64,000 bases of DNA. Source: Camelus dromedarius (taxonomy: Eukaryota). Made by a program: the position numbers and the translations under genes. The DNA lies in the NCBI RefSeq assembly GCF_036321535.1, contig NC_087436.1, positions 116,562,001-116,626,000 of the forward strand. Direction: 5' to 3'. Shown one piece after another: positions 1-11,345 of this stretch. Below the pieces are notes generated by a model. That model made no database searches. It worked only from the letters and a program-made list of their open reading frames with translations, and was not told where the DNA came from. The stretch's first letter is position 1, and each line of letters opens with the position of its first letter.

Positions 1-780
1 ATCTGTAAATCCTAAAACTTGGCCTTTGTGCTCAAGGATTTGTGCATCTGGTGAAGCCTTAGTTGATTCTGATGCCCAACATAGCTTGGGCATTAGATGC
101 ATTTGGTTTCAATCCCTGTCTTGCATAGACCAGTAACCTGGGAAATTTCCTTAAACTGCCTTGGCCTCTGTTTTCAAACTTTTTGACTAGAGTGTGATGA
201 TTTCTCCAGCATATAAAAATTTGAGCACTGGGTCTGCCATTGTCAAGCATTTAATAAATGTGCATTCTCTCTCTCTCCATCCATCAGCTTTGTCTCTGAT
301 ATAAAATTATCTTGGTGCATTACAGAATCAGACAGTGAAAATAAAAAATTCCAGACATTGAATTGGATCCAGCTTCAATTGTACAAACGACCAACAGCTG
401 GTTATTGAGCGACTGGTATGTGCCCAGCATTCCGTGAGATGCTGTGAGGAAAATTAGTATTTTAGGAACAGAAGTTTATGCCATAAGAGGTCATTTTGAC
501 AGACGGCATCAATGCAAAGCCATTACAGAAACAGAGTCTGTTTAAGGATGGAAGATAATTTTTAGAGGATTTCTGGTTAAACACCTCCATTACATAGAGG
601 AAGGGGCAGGGGAGCTGTAAGGGGAGATTTGCTCAAATCTATACAAATAACGATGGAGAAATATACCAAACTCAGGTAGGACAATTCAAAGGCCATTTTT
701 CTTCTGAATGCAACAGTGATTTTCAGAACTCCTTTTTTTTTATTATAAGCTAATTTTTTCTAGTCAAATAGGATATGTAA

Positions 781-803
781 TCTCTCTCTCCCTCTCTCTC
801 TCT

Positions 804-850
<47 letters not shown>
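781..850. repeat. Compound (TC)n(TA)n microsatellite
   Basis: Directly visible. Confidence 0.97.
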
Positions 851-854
<4 letters not shown>

Positions 855-996
855 CAAAGCTTCTCTGTTTGAGGTAAAATTCAAATGTCCACAGTTACAT
901 CCCCTTGGACCCTTCATAGAAACTGTCAATGGTTGGTTATCCAAATATCACCAATATAACCTGTTGATAAGACAAGAGTGAGTTTGTTGTTTACAG

Positions 997-1357
997 AGGT
1001 TAAGGAAGACACTGTCTTCACAAAGCTTTGGCAGTGTCTCAGCATGAGGATGGTAAGATCAGAATTTATTGAAACTTGGAAGTTTGGCTTAAGGCAAGTC
1101 CTCCAGTGCGGGGATTTGATACAGATTGAATAAGAATTTTGATACAACAACCAAAGATTTGTGGAAATTGCAAGCAAAGACCCTGAGGTGAAGGATTCAA
1201 AAAATTTGAGGATGTAAACTCTCTGTTGCTGCTTTCCTTTGAAGAGTCAGTGGGTCTTTTAGGAAGTTCCTGAAATGAGTGCCCAATCATTTGGTTGGGC
1301 AGAACAACTCCAGAGAAGCGAGGTAGTGTCATGAAGATGTGGAATAGCAAAGCCAAG
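997..1357 (+). pseudogene. Pseudo-exon of the + strand gene
   Basis: Acceptor tttgttgtttacag|, donor AAG|GTAATG. Translates VKEDTVFTKLWQCLSMRMVRSEFIETWKFGLRQVLQCGDLIQIE*EF*YNNQRFVEIASKDP, then after a frameshift FKKFEDVNSLLLLSFEESVGLLGSS*...KMWNSKAK. Confidence 0.6.
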
Positions 1358-1611
1358 GTAATGTGGGCAATGAACTATGGTTTCAGTTCAGAGCTCCGGC
1401 TGAGTGGGGGATAGACAGCTTTGGTTCACTAGCACGAGGTTTTATCAAGCAGAGCTAGAAAACCACCTTCACCCTGACCCTGTGCCTTCACCAGTTAATC
1501 CTTAATGTAGCTTACACCCAGTGCTAAGGATCCTAGCTTTTCTCTCTACGAAAATTGCAAAGTCTCTTTGGTCATCTAATCTTGTGTTTCACCTCCATAC
1601 CTTCTCCTCAG

Positions 1612-1966
1612 CCTCCCCACCTCCACTCACATCTGATGACCCATAAACCTCATCAATGTCTACCTTTGCACTCTGCCGTAAATAAGACCACACGTGCACT
1701 CAGCATCTAGCACCATCCTGCTCCAGCCATACCAGTTACGCGACACACCTTGCCCAGTCCTAATCCTTGGAACTTAGGCTGTGATCAGTTCAGAACTCCT
1801 GGGAGGTCCAACTTTACCACCTGGAGAAGAATTTGGCACCCAGTTGGCCTATAATGTCTTTTGTGTTGACACAAGTCTTGGCAAATGGCAAGTACTAGGA
1901 AATACACTGAATTATGTAAAGGCACAATTAATACAAAAAGTTCCAAAATATCGATCCCCCTGCTGA
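1612..1966 (+). pseudogene. Pseudo-exon of the + strand gene (3' end uncertain)
   Basis: Pyrimidine-rich acceptor cttctcctcag|, phase 0 matching the 1357 donor. Reads PPHLHSHLMTHKPHQCLPLHSAVNKTTRALSI*...TLPSPNPWNLGCDQFRTPGRSNFTTWRRIWHPVGL; an overlapping frame is the track ORF 1781-1966 (...VDTSLGKWQVLGNTLNYVKAQLIQKVPKYRSPC). Confidence 0.5.
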
Positions 1967-2171
1967 AGGAGATAATCTTGTCTCCCTTACCTTATTTTTA
2001 TCTTTCTATTTACTTTAGATACAAGGGGATGATAAGGATGCCCTATTAAATAAATGAACATCTCTTGGAAATAAATTGTAATTAACTTTGTCACAAAACA
2101 TTCAAAGACAGTATGCAAAGTACATTGCTTTTTCTGAGCGTGACAGGTTTGAATTAGAAAGCTGGCTCTGT

Positions 2172-2825
2172 ACTATGGAGAGTCCTTAAAAAGCTAAAAA
2201 TAGAGTTACCATATGATCCAGTGATCTCACTCTTGGGCATATATCCATAAAAGATGAAAACTCTAATTTGAAAAGATACATGCACCCTAATGTTCATAGC
2301 AGTACTATTTACAATAGTCAAGACATGGAAGCAACCTAAATGTTTATCGACAGATGATTGGATAAAGAAAATACAGCATATATATTATACATTTATATAT
2401 ACAAAGCCATTAAAAAATGAAATAATGCCATTTGCAGCCACATAGATGAACCTAAAAATTATCATACTAAGTGAAGTAAGTCAGACAGAGAAAGACAAAT
2501 ATCATGATATCACTTACATGTGGAATCTAAAAAAATAATACAGAAGAACATATTTATAAAACAGAAAGGGACTCACAGACACAGAAAACAAACTTAAGGT
2601 TACCAAAGGGGAAATAAGGAGAAGGATAAACTGGGAGTTTGGGGTTAACAGATACAAACTACTATATATAAAATAGATAAACAGCAAGGTTCTACTGTTC
2701 AGCACAGGGAACTACATTCAATATCTTGTATTAACCTACAATGAAAAAAATATATGTATGTATAACTGAATCACTTTGCTGTACACCAGAAACTAGCACA
2801 ACGTTGTAAATCTACTATACATCAA

Positions 2826-2872
<47 letters not shown>
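2172..2872 (+). mobile_element. 5'-truncated L1 (ORF2 end plus 3'UTR) with (AAAT)n tail
   Basis: Typical L1 text atagagttaccatatgatccag...gcaacctaaatgt...agcacagggaactacattcaatatc; (AAAT)n at about 2824-2872. Confidence 0.92.
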
Positions 2873-3149
2873 CCAAGTTGCCCTCAATGACCTCAAAAGC
2901 AGTGGCAATATTTTACTTTAATGGCTCTTGTTCCTAAAGGACAGACCTAGGTTACAGGAAGGGAAATCTTCCCAGAGGCAGGTATTCATTCAACCAACAA
3001 GCACTCTTAGTGCCCTATGTGCCAAGAATCATGTTAGATTTTGGATCATGGCTTTTGAGAGTAGTTATATTTTATAGTCCTGGTTGGATGTTGTGTTTGT
3101 TGAGAAGAGAGAAGGCAAGGTGGCCTGGGGACCACTGGGGAGGTTAAAA

Positions 3150-3420
3150 CTGATAGTAATGGCCACTGTCTAATTCCACGTGCCCTCTGAACCAGCGCTG
3201 CTTAATGCTTCCACTTGTTTTTCTCACCTACTCTACATGGACGTCAGTTCAACGCTGCCACTATTACAACAGTGTCTCTTCTTGTAGGTAATGAAACTGT
3301 TTCTGATAGTGGATACCCAATTTTCCCAAAGTCATACAGGTTACAAGTGGTAAATCAAAACCAAATGACCAAATGATGATCAAAACCAAAGGTCTCGACC
3401 ATTAAGCCCTCTGACCACAG
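3150..3420 (-). mobile_element. MIR SINE (degenerate)
   Basis: Reverse MIR core: ...aatgaaactgttt...cccaaagtcatacagg. Confidence 0.55.
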
Positions 3421-3741
3421 TACATGGTGTGAGAGAGTGAACCAAACGATTGGTCATGGGCAGGAGCTGAAGGATAAGACACCTTCCCCAGAAAGTCAAA
3501 GCCAATGGGGAGAGCCAAGAAACAGTGCCAGGAGGTAAATCCAAATCACGAAAATTAGAGTAAGTAAAGTGGGCATAGTGGCAAGGCCAAGTTAAACGCA
3601 TGAGACCACCATCTACAAAGATAAGAACCACAGTCCACAGCAATAAAACCAGAGAACTAGTGTTTTCAATCACACTCTTGTAGTTGTGCCATGTAATATA
3701 AGCCACACGTATTATATAAGCCATTATTTGTCCTCTTATAG

Positions 3742-3954
3742 ACATGAACACCTGTGAATATATAACAGACTCTGAAACTTGGGCCAAAAGCCTTTATTGC
3801 TCATACCTGGAGTCTTGTGAAAATGATTCACAGATAATGCAGTTCTAAATCCCCATTGTGTAAGAAAGCATTGATGTCAATAAAATTTTGAAGAAAATGC
3901 ACTCTCCCAATGGCAGCAAAGTTCCCACCTGTAAGGATTAAGCTTATACTGAAA
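3742..3954 (+). pseudogene. Pseudo-exon of the + strand gene
   Basis: Acceptor tttgtcctcttatag|, donor A|GTAGGG. One frame: MNTCEYITDSETWAKSLYCSYLESCENDSQIMQF*IPIV*ESIDVNKILKKMHSPNGSKVPTCKD*AYTE. Confidence 0.55.
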
Positions 3955-3960
3955 GTAGGG

Positions 3961-5095
3961 ATTCATTCAGTTAGTCATTCATTATCAATAACCATCTTGT
4001 GAGCATCTACTTTGCACCCAGTTCTGTTTAAGATACAGAAGCAGGGTAAACTACAAGAACAACAAAATGCCTGGCCTCAAGGAGTGACATTCCAGTGGAA
4101 AGAGGGAGACACAACACAAGCTAAAATGAAAGTATTTCTGACAATGTCAAGTACTGTGAAGGAAATGGGGGGGGGGGGGAAGAACAATATGGTAAGAAGT
4201 GACTGGAGGAGATAAGCTGCTTTCCATGAGTTGCTCAGAGACAGAAGCCTTCTTGGAAAGGTCATCCTGCACTGTGAGATCTGCCTGTAATTAGCCAGGT
4301 GAGAGCAGGGTAGGGAGAAGAAACAGCAAATCCAGCACTTGGAACATGACCCAGCTGGGCAAACAGAGTAAAGGAAAGGAGGTGGCTGTTAGGTGGAGCT
4401 AAGAAACCATGATACGACTTTTTTAGAAATAGGTATGGACTGGATCTTGTCATATTTTGAGGGTCGTGCTATGTAGGTCAGATTTTATTCTGAGTGCAAA
4501 GGGAAACCATAGAAGAATTTTAAATAGTGGGAGGGGCAATCTAATCTGATTGTTACTTTCAAAATATCTCTGTAGCTACAGATTGCAGGGGGGAAAAGTG
4601 AAGCTATTGTATTATTATTATTCCAAGCAAGAGACATTATTAGTATGGACTAGGGTAGCTCAGTGGAAATGGATTCTGGATGAATTTTGAAAGAACTGTG
4701 GATGGACTGGCTCAGAGGTTAACAAAAAACATAATCAAGAATAAATTCACTTGCTCTCCTTAAGCCAACAAGTATGCTGGTGCTACACACTCAAAGAGAG
4801 ATTAGCACAGGAACAGACTTGGAGATGCAAGAGAAAACAGCTTCTGTTTTATGTTGTTAGATTTGAAATGCTTTTAGATATCCAAGTGCAACAGTCAAGT
4901 AAGCTGTTAAAAAACTATTCTTGAGCTCCACGGAGTTTTCAAGATTGAAGGTGTAAATTGGGGAATCATCAGCTTGTTGATGTTATTTAAAGCTATGGAT
5001 CCTGATGGAATCACCTGGGAAAGAGTACAGGCAGATAAGAGAGGAAACAGGAACATGCCCTGGGCGCTCAACTGTTGAGATCTGCAGAGGGGAGC
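3961..5095 (-). mobile_element. L2 LINE 3' fragment, about 1.1 kb
   Basis: Starts with the attcattca-type L2 tail, followed by typical L2 text (ttttattctgagtgcaaagggaaaccatagaag; gtttt...gttagatttgaaatgctttt). Confidence 0.8.
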
Positions 5096-5097
5096 AG

Positions 5098-5280
5098 AGT
5101 GTTTCCCACTGGTGCTGCACCGACAACACAAAAGCTTTATTGAAGTTGAGGGGGAAGTTTTGCCCTTAAAAGCATAGTCCTGCTATTCAGCAAAGTGCAC
5201 AGAGCCAAGTCAAAGAAGTAGAAGAGAACTACAGCTAGGGAGACTGTACAGTCTGGAGGAGATTCGGTCCCTCATGGGAG
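5098..5280 (+). pseudogene. Pseudo-exon of the + strand gene
   Basis: CFPLVLHRQHKSFIEVEGEVLPLKA*SCYSAKCTEPSQRSRRELQLGRLYSLEEIRSLMG; only one stop; donor G|GTGTCT in phase with the 5669 exon. Confidence 0.6.
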
Positions 5281-5428
5281 GTGTCTCACTGCTGCCCACA
5301 CGCAGCCCCTTTTTTAAATGTTTATTTCACTGTATTTTATCTTATTGTTTTATTTTATTTTATGTTTATACATCATCGGAAGAAATGAGGAAGGAGGGAG
5401 AAATTTCTTTTCTTTCTCTCCCTCTCTT

Positions 5429-5430
<2 letters not shown>

Positions 5431-5464
<34 letters not shown>

Positions 5465-5488
5465 ACACACACACAGGCGCACACACAT
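5431..5488. repeat. (CA)n microsatellite
   Basis: Directly visible. Confidence 0.97.
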
Positions 5489-5668
5489 CTGAAACCAAAA
5501 GTGAACAGCAGAGAACATTACATCTCGGAGCCGTCAAGGATATCAAAGAAGCTTTAAGTTGTCCGTTAAAGTGTCATAACATCAGAGGGAGGGGACAGTT
5601 ATGATCAAGAGGGGCAATAACCTTCAATACCAGGGCCAAAATTTTTCTTTATTGTGGCTCACTACCAG

Positions 5669-5769
5669 AAAAATGTGAATTGAGAATTCAGAAAGAAATA
5701 AACAATTTTACAAGACAGCTTGAAAAAGATCAAATGGAGGATTTGTACACGCTAAGGACAAAGAACCGA
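5669..5769 (+). pseudogene. Pseudo-exon of the + strand gene (may extend to about 5917)
   Basis: Acceptor ...ctcactaccag|; open frame KCELRIQKEINNFTRQLEKDQMEDLYTLRTKNR, helical/coiled-coil-like; possible donor CGA|GTAAAA. Confidence 0.6.
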
Positions 5770-6514
5770 GTAAAACCCCTTCTCTGCTCTCAGAACACAC
5801 ACGGTCATGAGAAACAAACAGTCCCAACATGATGCCATGGATGCCAGGGCAGACGTGACTGCAAGTTCAATGGGCCCCTATATGATGTGCAGTGAATTAG
5901 GTCTGAAGATTATTAGGTAGAAGGCTACCTTATCCTTAAAAAATGGATGTTGACATTCGTTACATGTTGTAAACTTATTCGCTCATATTTTCTTCTTCCA
6001 TGAATTTTCCTTTCTCCTTTACTATGTATTTTCATTTTAAAATGTGCGTTTTAAGGATATGATCTTTAAAAAGATCTATAAAGTAAGAATGTGAGTGTGA
6101 TCTATAAAGTAAGAATATAACAAAAAGAAAAGCTGACCATTTCTCCATTATTTTTATAAGGGAGTTTTAAAAATTACATGTATATAATTAATTATACTTC
6201 TAATATACAATATACAGACCTATATATGTGTATCATTTTAATGGAGAGGTCACCTCACACTGTTTCCACCTCTGCTTAGGAACTTCCTACCAGGTGAGTC
6301 TGTTGCAGTGAAAGGAGTCAAGTGATTTAATGTCAAAGCCACCTTCACACTGAGAAGCTGCGTCAGCATATAAGTCCATGTCACCAGGAGAAAAACACGA
6401 ACCTGTGCTCACAGCTTGTCACCAAGAATAAGGTGGCTCCTTGTTCTAGACCTGTGTGTCTATGCGAACGTCCTAGCATACTGTTCACTCTTCCCTCAGA
6501 GAGTGAAATACAAG

Positions 6515-6740
6515 GTCAGTCTGCCTGGATTTGAAACTTATCTCTGAGACTCATGTTACATGACTTTAGGCAAGTTACACTTTTTACTCTTATTCACCCA
6601 GTGGGGAAGAGGAGAGGTAGGAGGGAGAAAAGAGGGAGGAAGAAGAGGAGAAGGACTATGTTGGGTGATCGAGAGAATAGTATCAGTTAATATGTGTAAA
6701 ATACTAAAAACAGAGAGCCCTAGAAATGCTATTACTACAA
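6515..6740 (+). mobile_element. MIR SINE
   Basis: ctgcctggatttgaaac...tgactttaggcaagttac core. Confidence 0.65.
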
Positions 6741-7195
6741 TTCATTCATGCAACCAACCTAATTGGGACCCAACGGTGTACCAGCCACCCTGCCCCTGTA
6801 AGACACACAGGGATGAGTGAGACTGTGACCACCTAGTGTAAAACTCGTCTAACAAACAGTTACAATGCCCTCGGCTCTGTGGGCTAGAGCTCCCTCTACT
6901 CCTGCCAGCTAACAACATCTTGGTCCTTGTACTTACTGATGCCTTGATACCCTAATCACAAAATGCCCCTTTCCCACATGTCTTGTAATCTTCCTAAGGG
7001 CCATGAATGTCCAATCAAACCACACATTCAAAACCCTAACCCCAGGATTCCTTATTTCTTCACATTCGCTGATGTCTCCTACGTCAACCATCCATTACCA
7101 CTGCCAACTGCTTCCGCCATTTAAGGGTAAACTCTTCCACCTCGAGTTCCCATTCTCCCACCTCTCCACGCCTTTTTTCTCTTTATACCCCATAG

Positions 7196-7741
7196 ATATA
7201 TCGATAGATGCTCAGCCAGGGGAATATGTAGGTTTGTTTGGTATGGCAGACAGTCCTTATGTTCTGGTTCAGTTCTTTTCCTAAGCTCATGTCATATGAA
7301 CCACCTAGGGATCTCAATAAAACAGAATCTGATTGAGTAGGTCTGGAACTGAAATTCTGCAGTTCTAATAAACTTCCAAGTGATGCTGATCTGCTGGTCC
7401 GAGGACACTCTTTGAAGAGGGAAGTTCCAGTAGTACTCACATTGCCAAGTTTCAGAGTCGAGCTCTGAGCCTTGAGCCCTGGAGATTTAGAATGGGATTC
7501 ATGTTAGCACTTTGAGTGAAAGTCTCCTTTCTGTGGATTACTCACATTAACCAAATTCATAGGTATAATGCTTATAGGCAGAGAGGCTAAAAAAAAAAAA
7601 AGAAAAAGAAAAGAAATGGGCTGAAACATCAATCTTAAGGATCCAGATGGTTAAATTCATATGGCCAGCCATCATCACCTTGGGCTGACTCACAGGAAAA
7701 GTCAAGTAGTAATCAGGTGGATCGGAGAGCATGGAATCTGA
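7196..7741 (+). pseudogene. HEAT-repeat-like pseudo-exon interrupted by a MER5 element
   Basis: Strong acceptor ccttttttctctttataccccatag|. Reads ISIDAQPGEYVGLFGMADSPYV [MER5] VVLTLPSFRVEL*ALSPG ... NLKDPDG*IHM(fs)AIITLG. Donor |GTAAGC at 7742. Confidence 0.6.
7270..7424 (+). mobile_element. MER5A/B (hAT-Charlie) DNA transposon
   Basis: ctgattgagtaggtctgg...ccaagtgatgctgatctgctggtccgaggacactctttga; diverged 8-bp flanks ttctggtt / ttccagta. Confidence 0.8.
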
Positions 7742-8004
7742 GTAAGCATAGCTGGGTGAATTGAATATGCATATATCTCACAAGTTCTTTTGTGTCCTCA
7801 AATTCAAATGTGTTAGTCATCCTCTACCCTTATGAATCTCTTTTCCCTGTGATTTCATGTCCAACAAACCCCATGCCCAAAACTGTATTCTTTCTTCTCA
7901 TTTATTAAAACAGTAGAAATTATTTATCTGGAATGTCCACTAAAAGACAGGTGTATTATTAATTTATATTTATGGAATTTAGATGTTTAACTTCCAAATA
8001 ATAA

Positions 8005-8205
8005 TAGCAATAATCACTAATATTTAGTGAATGCTTGAGACAAGAAAAGCTTGAGTGTTACCCTTTTATACTCACAGTACCACTATATGGTAGATACCAT
8101 TATTATTCTAGTCTATGAAGGAGAAAATGGAGGTAGTGAAAGATTTAGTAGGTGCCAAAGCCAAGATTTATACCCAGACAGCCTGAGACTGAGCTGTTAA
8201 CCACT
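8005..8205 (-). mobile_element. MIR SINE
   Basis: aataatagcaataatcactaatatttagtgaatgctt...ccaagatttatacccagacagcctga. Confidence 0.7.
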
Positions 8206-8429
8206 AATTGAAAAGGACTTTGCCACCATATTATACATTTTTTTAAAGTATGGTATGTGAAAAGAACATATAATCCTAAAAGAAATAGTTTCATTTAACA
8301 ATATATATTTATGCAAAATAAATAAAAGGTGGATTTTCATACAACTCATATGTATATATTATAGCTATCTATATCAACATAGATTAACTCAGAAACATAA
8401 AACTACATATAACATTAGAATAGATTTTA

Positions 8430-8655
8430 AAATGTAGAATAGATAAATAATATTATACTGTATAGCACAGGGAAATATATACAAGATCTTATGTTAGCTC
8501 ACAGAGGAAAAAAATGTGACAATGAATATATATTTATGTTCACGTATAGCTGAAAAATTGTGCTCTTCACTGGAATTTGACACAACATTGTAAAATGACT
8601 ATAACTCAATAAAAAATGTTAAATAAATAAATTTTCTTATTAAAGTTTAAAAAAA
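8430..8655 (+). mobile_element. Short young L1 3' end
   Basis: tatactgtatagcacagggaaatatatacaagatc...aacattgtaaaatgactataactcaataaaaaa. Confidence 0.85.
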
Positions 8656-8782
8656 GAATGTGTGTACATATGTATTATGATTACACATATACAAAGTGAA
8701 GATGAAAATATCTAAAACTTTGAAATAAGACAGAAATATTACTACCAACCCAAAAAGAGTCCCTTTCAACATTTTCCTAAAG

Positions 8783-8923
8783 CCTTATCTAACAAGCCCA
8801 TCTAAGGATAATACGATTATGTTTAACTTACTGTATATGATTGATGAGGGACCCAGCTTTGGAAAGTCAGTGTTAGTTTCTGAAGGTTGATAAGTTGCAA
8901 GTAATTTTTGTCCAGAAGGAAAG
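8783..8923 (+). pseudogene. HEAT-repeat-like pseudo-exon
   Basis: Acceptor attttcctaaag|, donor AAG|GTAACT. KDNTIMFNLLYMIDEGP(fs)LWKVSVS resembles the HEAT motif LL.L..D(P).W.VR..A. Confidence 0.55.
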
Positions 8924-9689
8924 GTAACTCCAAAGTTCATGGGTTTATTGACCTATAGGACATTAGAGTTTTTATCTCACTCAGCAATCTTATTTCATCA
9001 TTCTTTTATTCATTAGCTTTAACCTCCAGTCTCTCTTACCATCCTTTGAATCAGTTCTATCATTCCATTACTTCCCTTACTCCTCAGTTAAATGCATTCT
9101 TAACAGGTGCTCACTGCATTAACGTAAAGGTCATGTTTTTAACTTTTTGAAATGTGTATTTTAACAAAGTTCAGAAGCAAAACTAAATAATACGTACGTT
9201 AGGAACATTTATGTCCTTTAAAAAAGTTGCAAAGAAAAGCAAACGTTAATGAGCAAATCCCAGCAAGTGGTTACCTCTTGCAAAGATGGAAGAAGACGTA
9301 ATCAAGGAAAAGGACAAGGAATGTTTAGAAATGTTCTGCTACTTAACCTAGCTTTAGGATACATGAATATTTTTATATTGTCAATATGATGAATAAAATG
9401 TACTCCCATATGATGTTCTCTTTTATAGGTATGATATTTCTATAAAATATTTGAAATGTATGTCAAAATATTTTATATACTGTGACTATATTCTGTAAGC
9501 CAATTAAATATTTTTAAGTATATGTCACATTGTGTTGATTGGAATATCTGATTTTTTCTGAGTATATATTAGCATAGTTGTAACTTTATATTTCAAAATA
9601 ATTTCTATCCATGGAAATACAGAAAATAGAGAAAGCTTTGATAGCCCATGCTCTCTCTCACCTTCAGGATTTTGCTGATGTGGACAGTT

Positions 9690-9845
9690 TTATCCATCCA
9701 CTCTTTCATCCATCCATCTGTCCATCCATTCACTCATCGATCTGTCTGTCTGTCCATTGAACCATCTATCCATTCACCCATCTGCTCATCCATCCATCGA
9801 TTCACCAATCCACCCATCTATCCATCTACATTCATTCATCAATCC
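9690..9845. repeat. Degenerate (TCCA)n simple repeat
   Basis: Directly visible; accounts for track ORF 9648-9923. Confidence 0.85.
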
Positions 9846-10137
9846 TTCAAGCATTTACAGGGTCACTGTATTTTTATATACTTTCACAAGAAAGATAGGT
9901 GTTTGCAAATAACTAACTTGTGATATATGTTAAGAAAAGGAAATACAGCAGAAAACCATAGAACATAAAATGGAAGACTTAACCTTGTTTGGGGAATTAG
10001 AAAAGGCTATTTAACATCTAATTCTTAAATCCATATCTCAGTATTTTTTTAGATTAATTGAAAACACTTTCTTTAGAAAGATTTTTCTTAACTATCATAC
10101 CTGAGATGCTGCAACATTCTTAAAATTACACAATCAG

Positions 10138-11060
10138 GATGCAGCAGAGATGTTGCTCAGTGTGCCTGGGTCTGGAACCCACCTTCCTTCCACGTGCCAT
10201 TTTGGAAGCTTTGGATTTGTGCTGCAAAGATCCTTGAGTGACTGGAGGTCATAGAAGTGTTTAGCAGAATTGTATTGAGATAATTGAATAACAATTTGTG
10301 GAAATAAATATATTAGTATCATATAATAGGTCAGTCAAAAATATTTATTATGATCTTACTGTGTATAGAAATGCAGGTGCTATGGAGAATTTAAAATAAA
10401 ATTTTAAGAAAAATGCAGTCACAATATTTGAAAGACTTCAAAGCCACTTTGAATTAGATTTCTGTATCTCATGATCAGAAAAAGGCAATCCATTGATACA
10501 TAACTGAACATTTCAAAAGGGTGAGGCTGAAGTTCAGGCACAACAAGACTCAGGCCAACATTGTCAATAGATGTCCACAAAAATTCTCATACTCTGTATG
10601 TTAGCAGGGCAGATACACATAAAAATTATTTGTCAGCATTTTAAAACCATATTTAAGAGTTGGTTTGTTAATTACTGATTGCATTTTCCATTCTGAGCAA
10701 ATTACACAAAGTGAAACTTGGCAAATCACTCAATTACAGCAAGAGATGCTGGAGAGTTTATGATATAAAAATCTTACTACTTTAGGCAGCAGGATGGGGG
10801 CTCTGAGATTCCTATCCCAAAGTCCTCAAGAGGAATGTTAATTACTGAAGGAGATGAGAGAGAAACTCTGCAAAGAAACTAAAGAAGTGAGAAAGGTTTT
10901 TTCTTTAAAAGAATGTCTTTTCTTACATAAAAGGTGACAGACTATACCAGAAGGAGTCATTTGCATCATAAAACACTAGCAGAAATGAACTAGGCCGAAC
11001 CAAAGGAGTTGTGGGGCTTGCAGTCAGCAGAGGCACTCACACATTTTAATAAGTTCCAGG
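10138..11060 (+). pseudogene. Last pseudo-exons of the + strand gene (about 10138-10260, 10479-10595, about 10695-11060)
   Basis: CLGLEPTFLPRAILEALDLCCKDP*; KKAIH*YITEHFKRVRLKFRHNKTQANIVNRCPQKFSYS (cag| ... |GTATGT, 117 nt); EQITQSETWQITQLQQEMLESL*...LLKEMREKLCKETKEVRK...KTLAEMN*AEPKELWGLQSAEALTHFNKFQ. Confidence 0.5.
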
Positions 11061-11169
11061 TTTGAGACTGTGTCTGGATACACTGAAATCAGCAAGAATA
11101 TGGAAGCCAAAGGGAACTTATCCTGCAACAAGATCTCTGTCTTTGTGGGTTTCCTAATGCTCTTCAGCC

Positions 11170-11345
11170 TCAAACCTTGCCTGTAACTACTAGTTGAATG
11201 ACCAAAATAAGGCACTCTGCCTCTGTTTCTCCAGTCTCTCTTTGGTAAAATGGGGTGATAACACCCATCTCTGAGTTCTTGTGAAAATTAAGTGCAATAA
11301 GGAATGCCAAGGGTCTGCTAAAAATTGTAAGTTCCTCAGGTGAGC
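11170..11345 (+). mobile_element. MIR SINE
   Basis: gtaaaatggggtgataacacccatctctgagttcttgtgaaaattaag. Confidence 0.75.

Larger units (their letters stand above)
997..11060 (+). pseudogene. Degenerate multi-exon (unprocessed) pseudogene of a large protein with C-terminal HEAT-like repeats; 5' part probably lies before the window
   Basis: About 10 protein-like segments in repeat-free islands, mostly AG/GT bounded, several with compatible phases (1357|1612 phase 0; 3954|5098 phase 1; 5280|5669 phase 1; 8923|9107 phase 0). They contain in-frame stops and frameshifts. HEAT-like motifs: NLKDPDG*IHM/AIITLG, IMFNLLYMIDE.P/WKVSV, ALGSVG/LPLLL...VLTDAL, ILEALDLCCKDP. Confidence 0.65.

Noticed and set aside
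3380..3787. 135-aa minus-strand ORF
   Set aside because: Antisense to the plus-strand pseudo-exon region and runs into a MIR; likely a shadow frame.
6073..6116. 18-bp direct repeat gatctataaagtaagaat with an 8-bp spacer (similar micro-duplications near 41708 and 48046)
   Set aside because: Only two copies; ordinary local micro-duplication, not an array.
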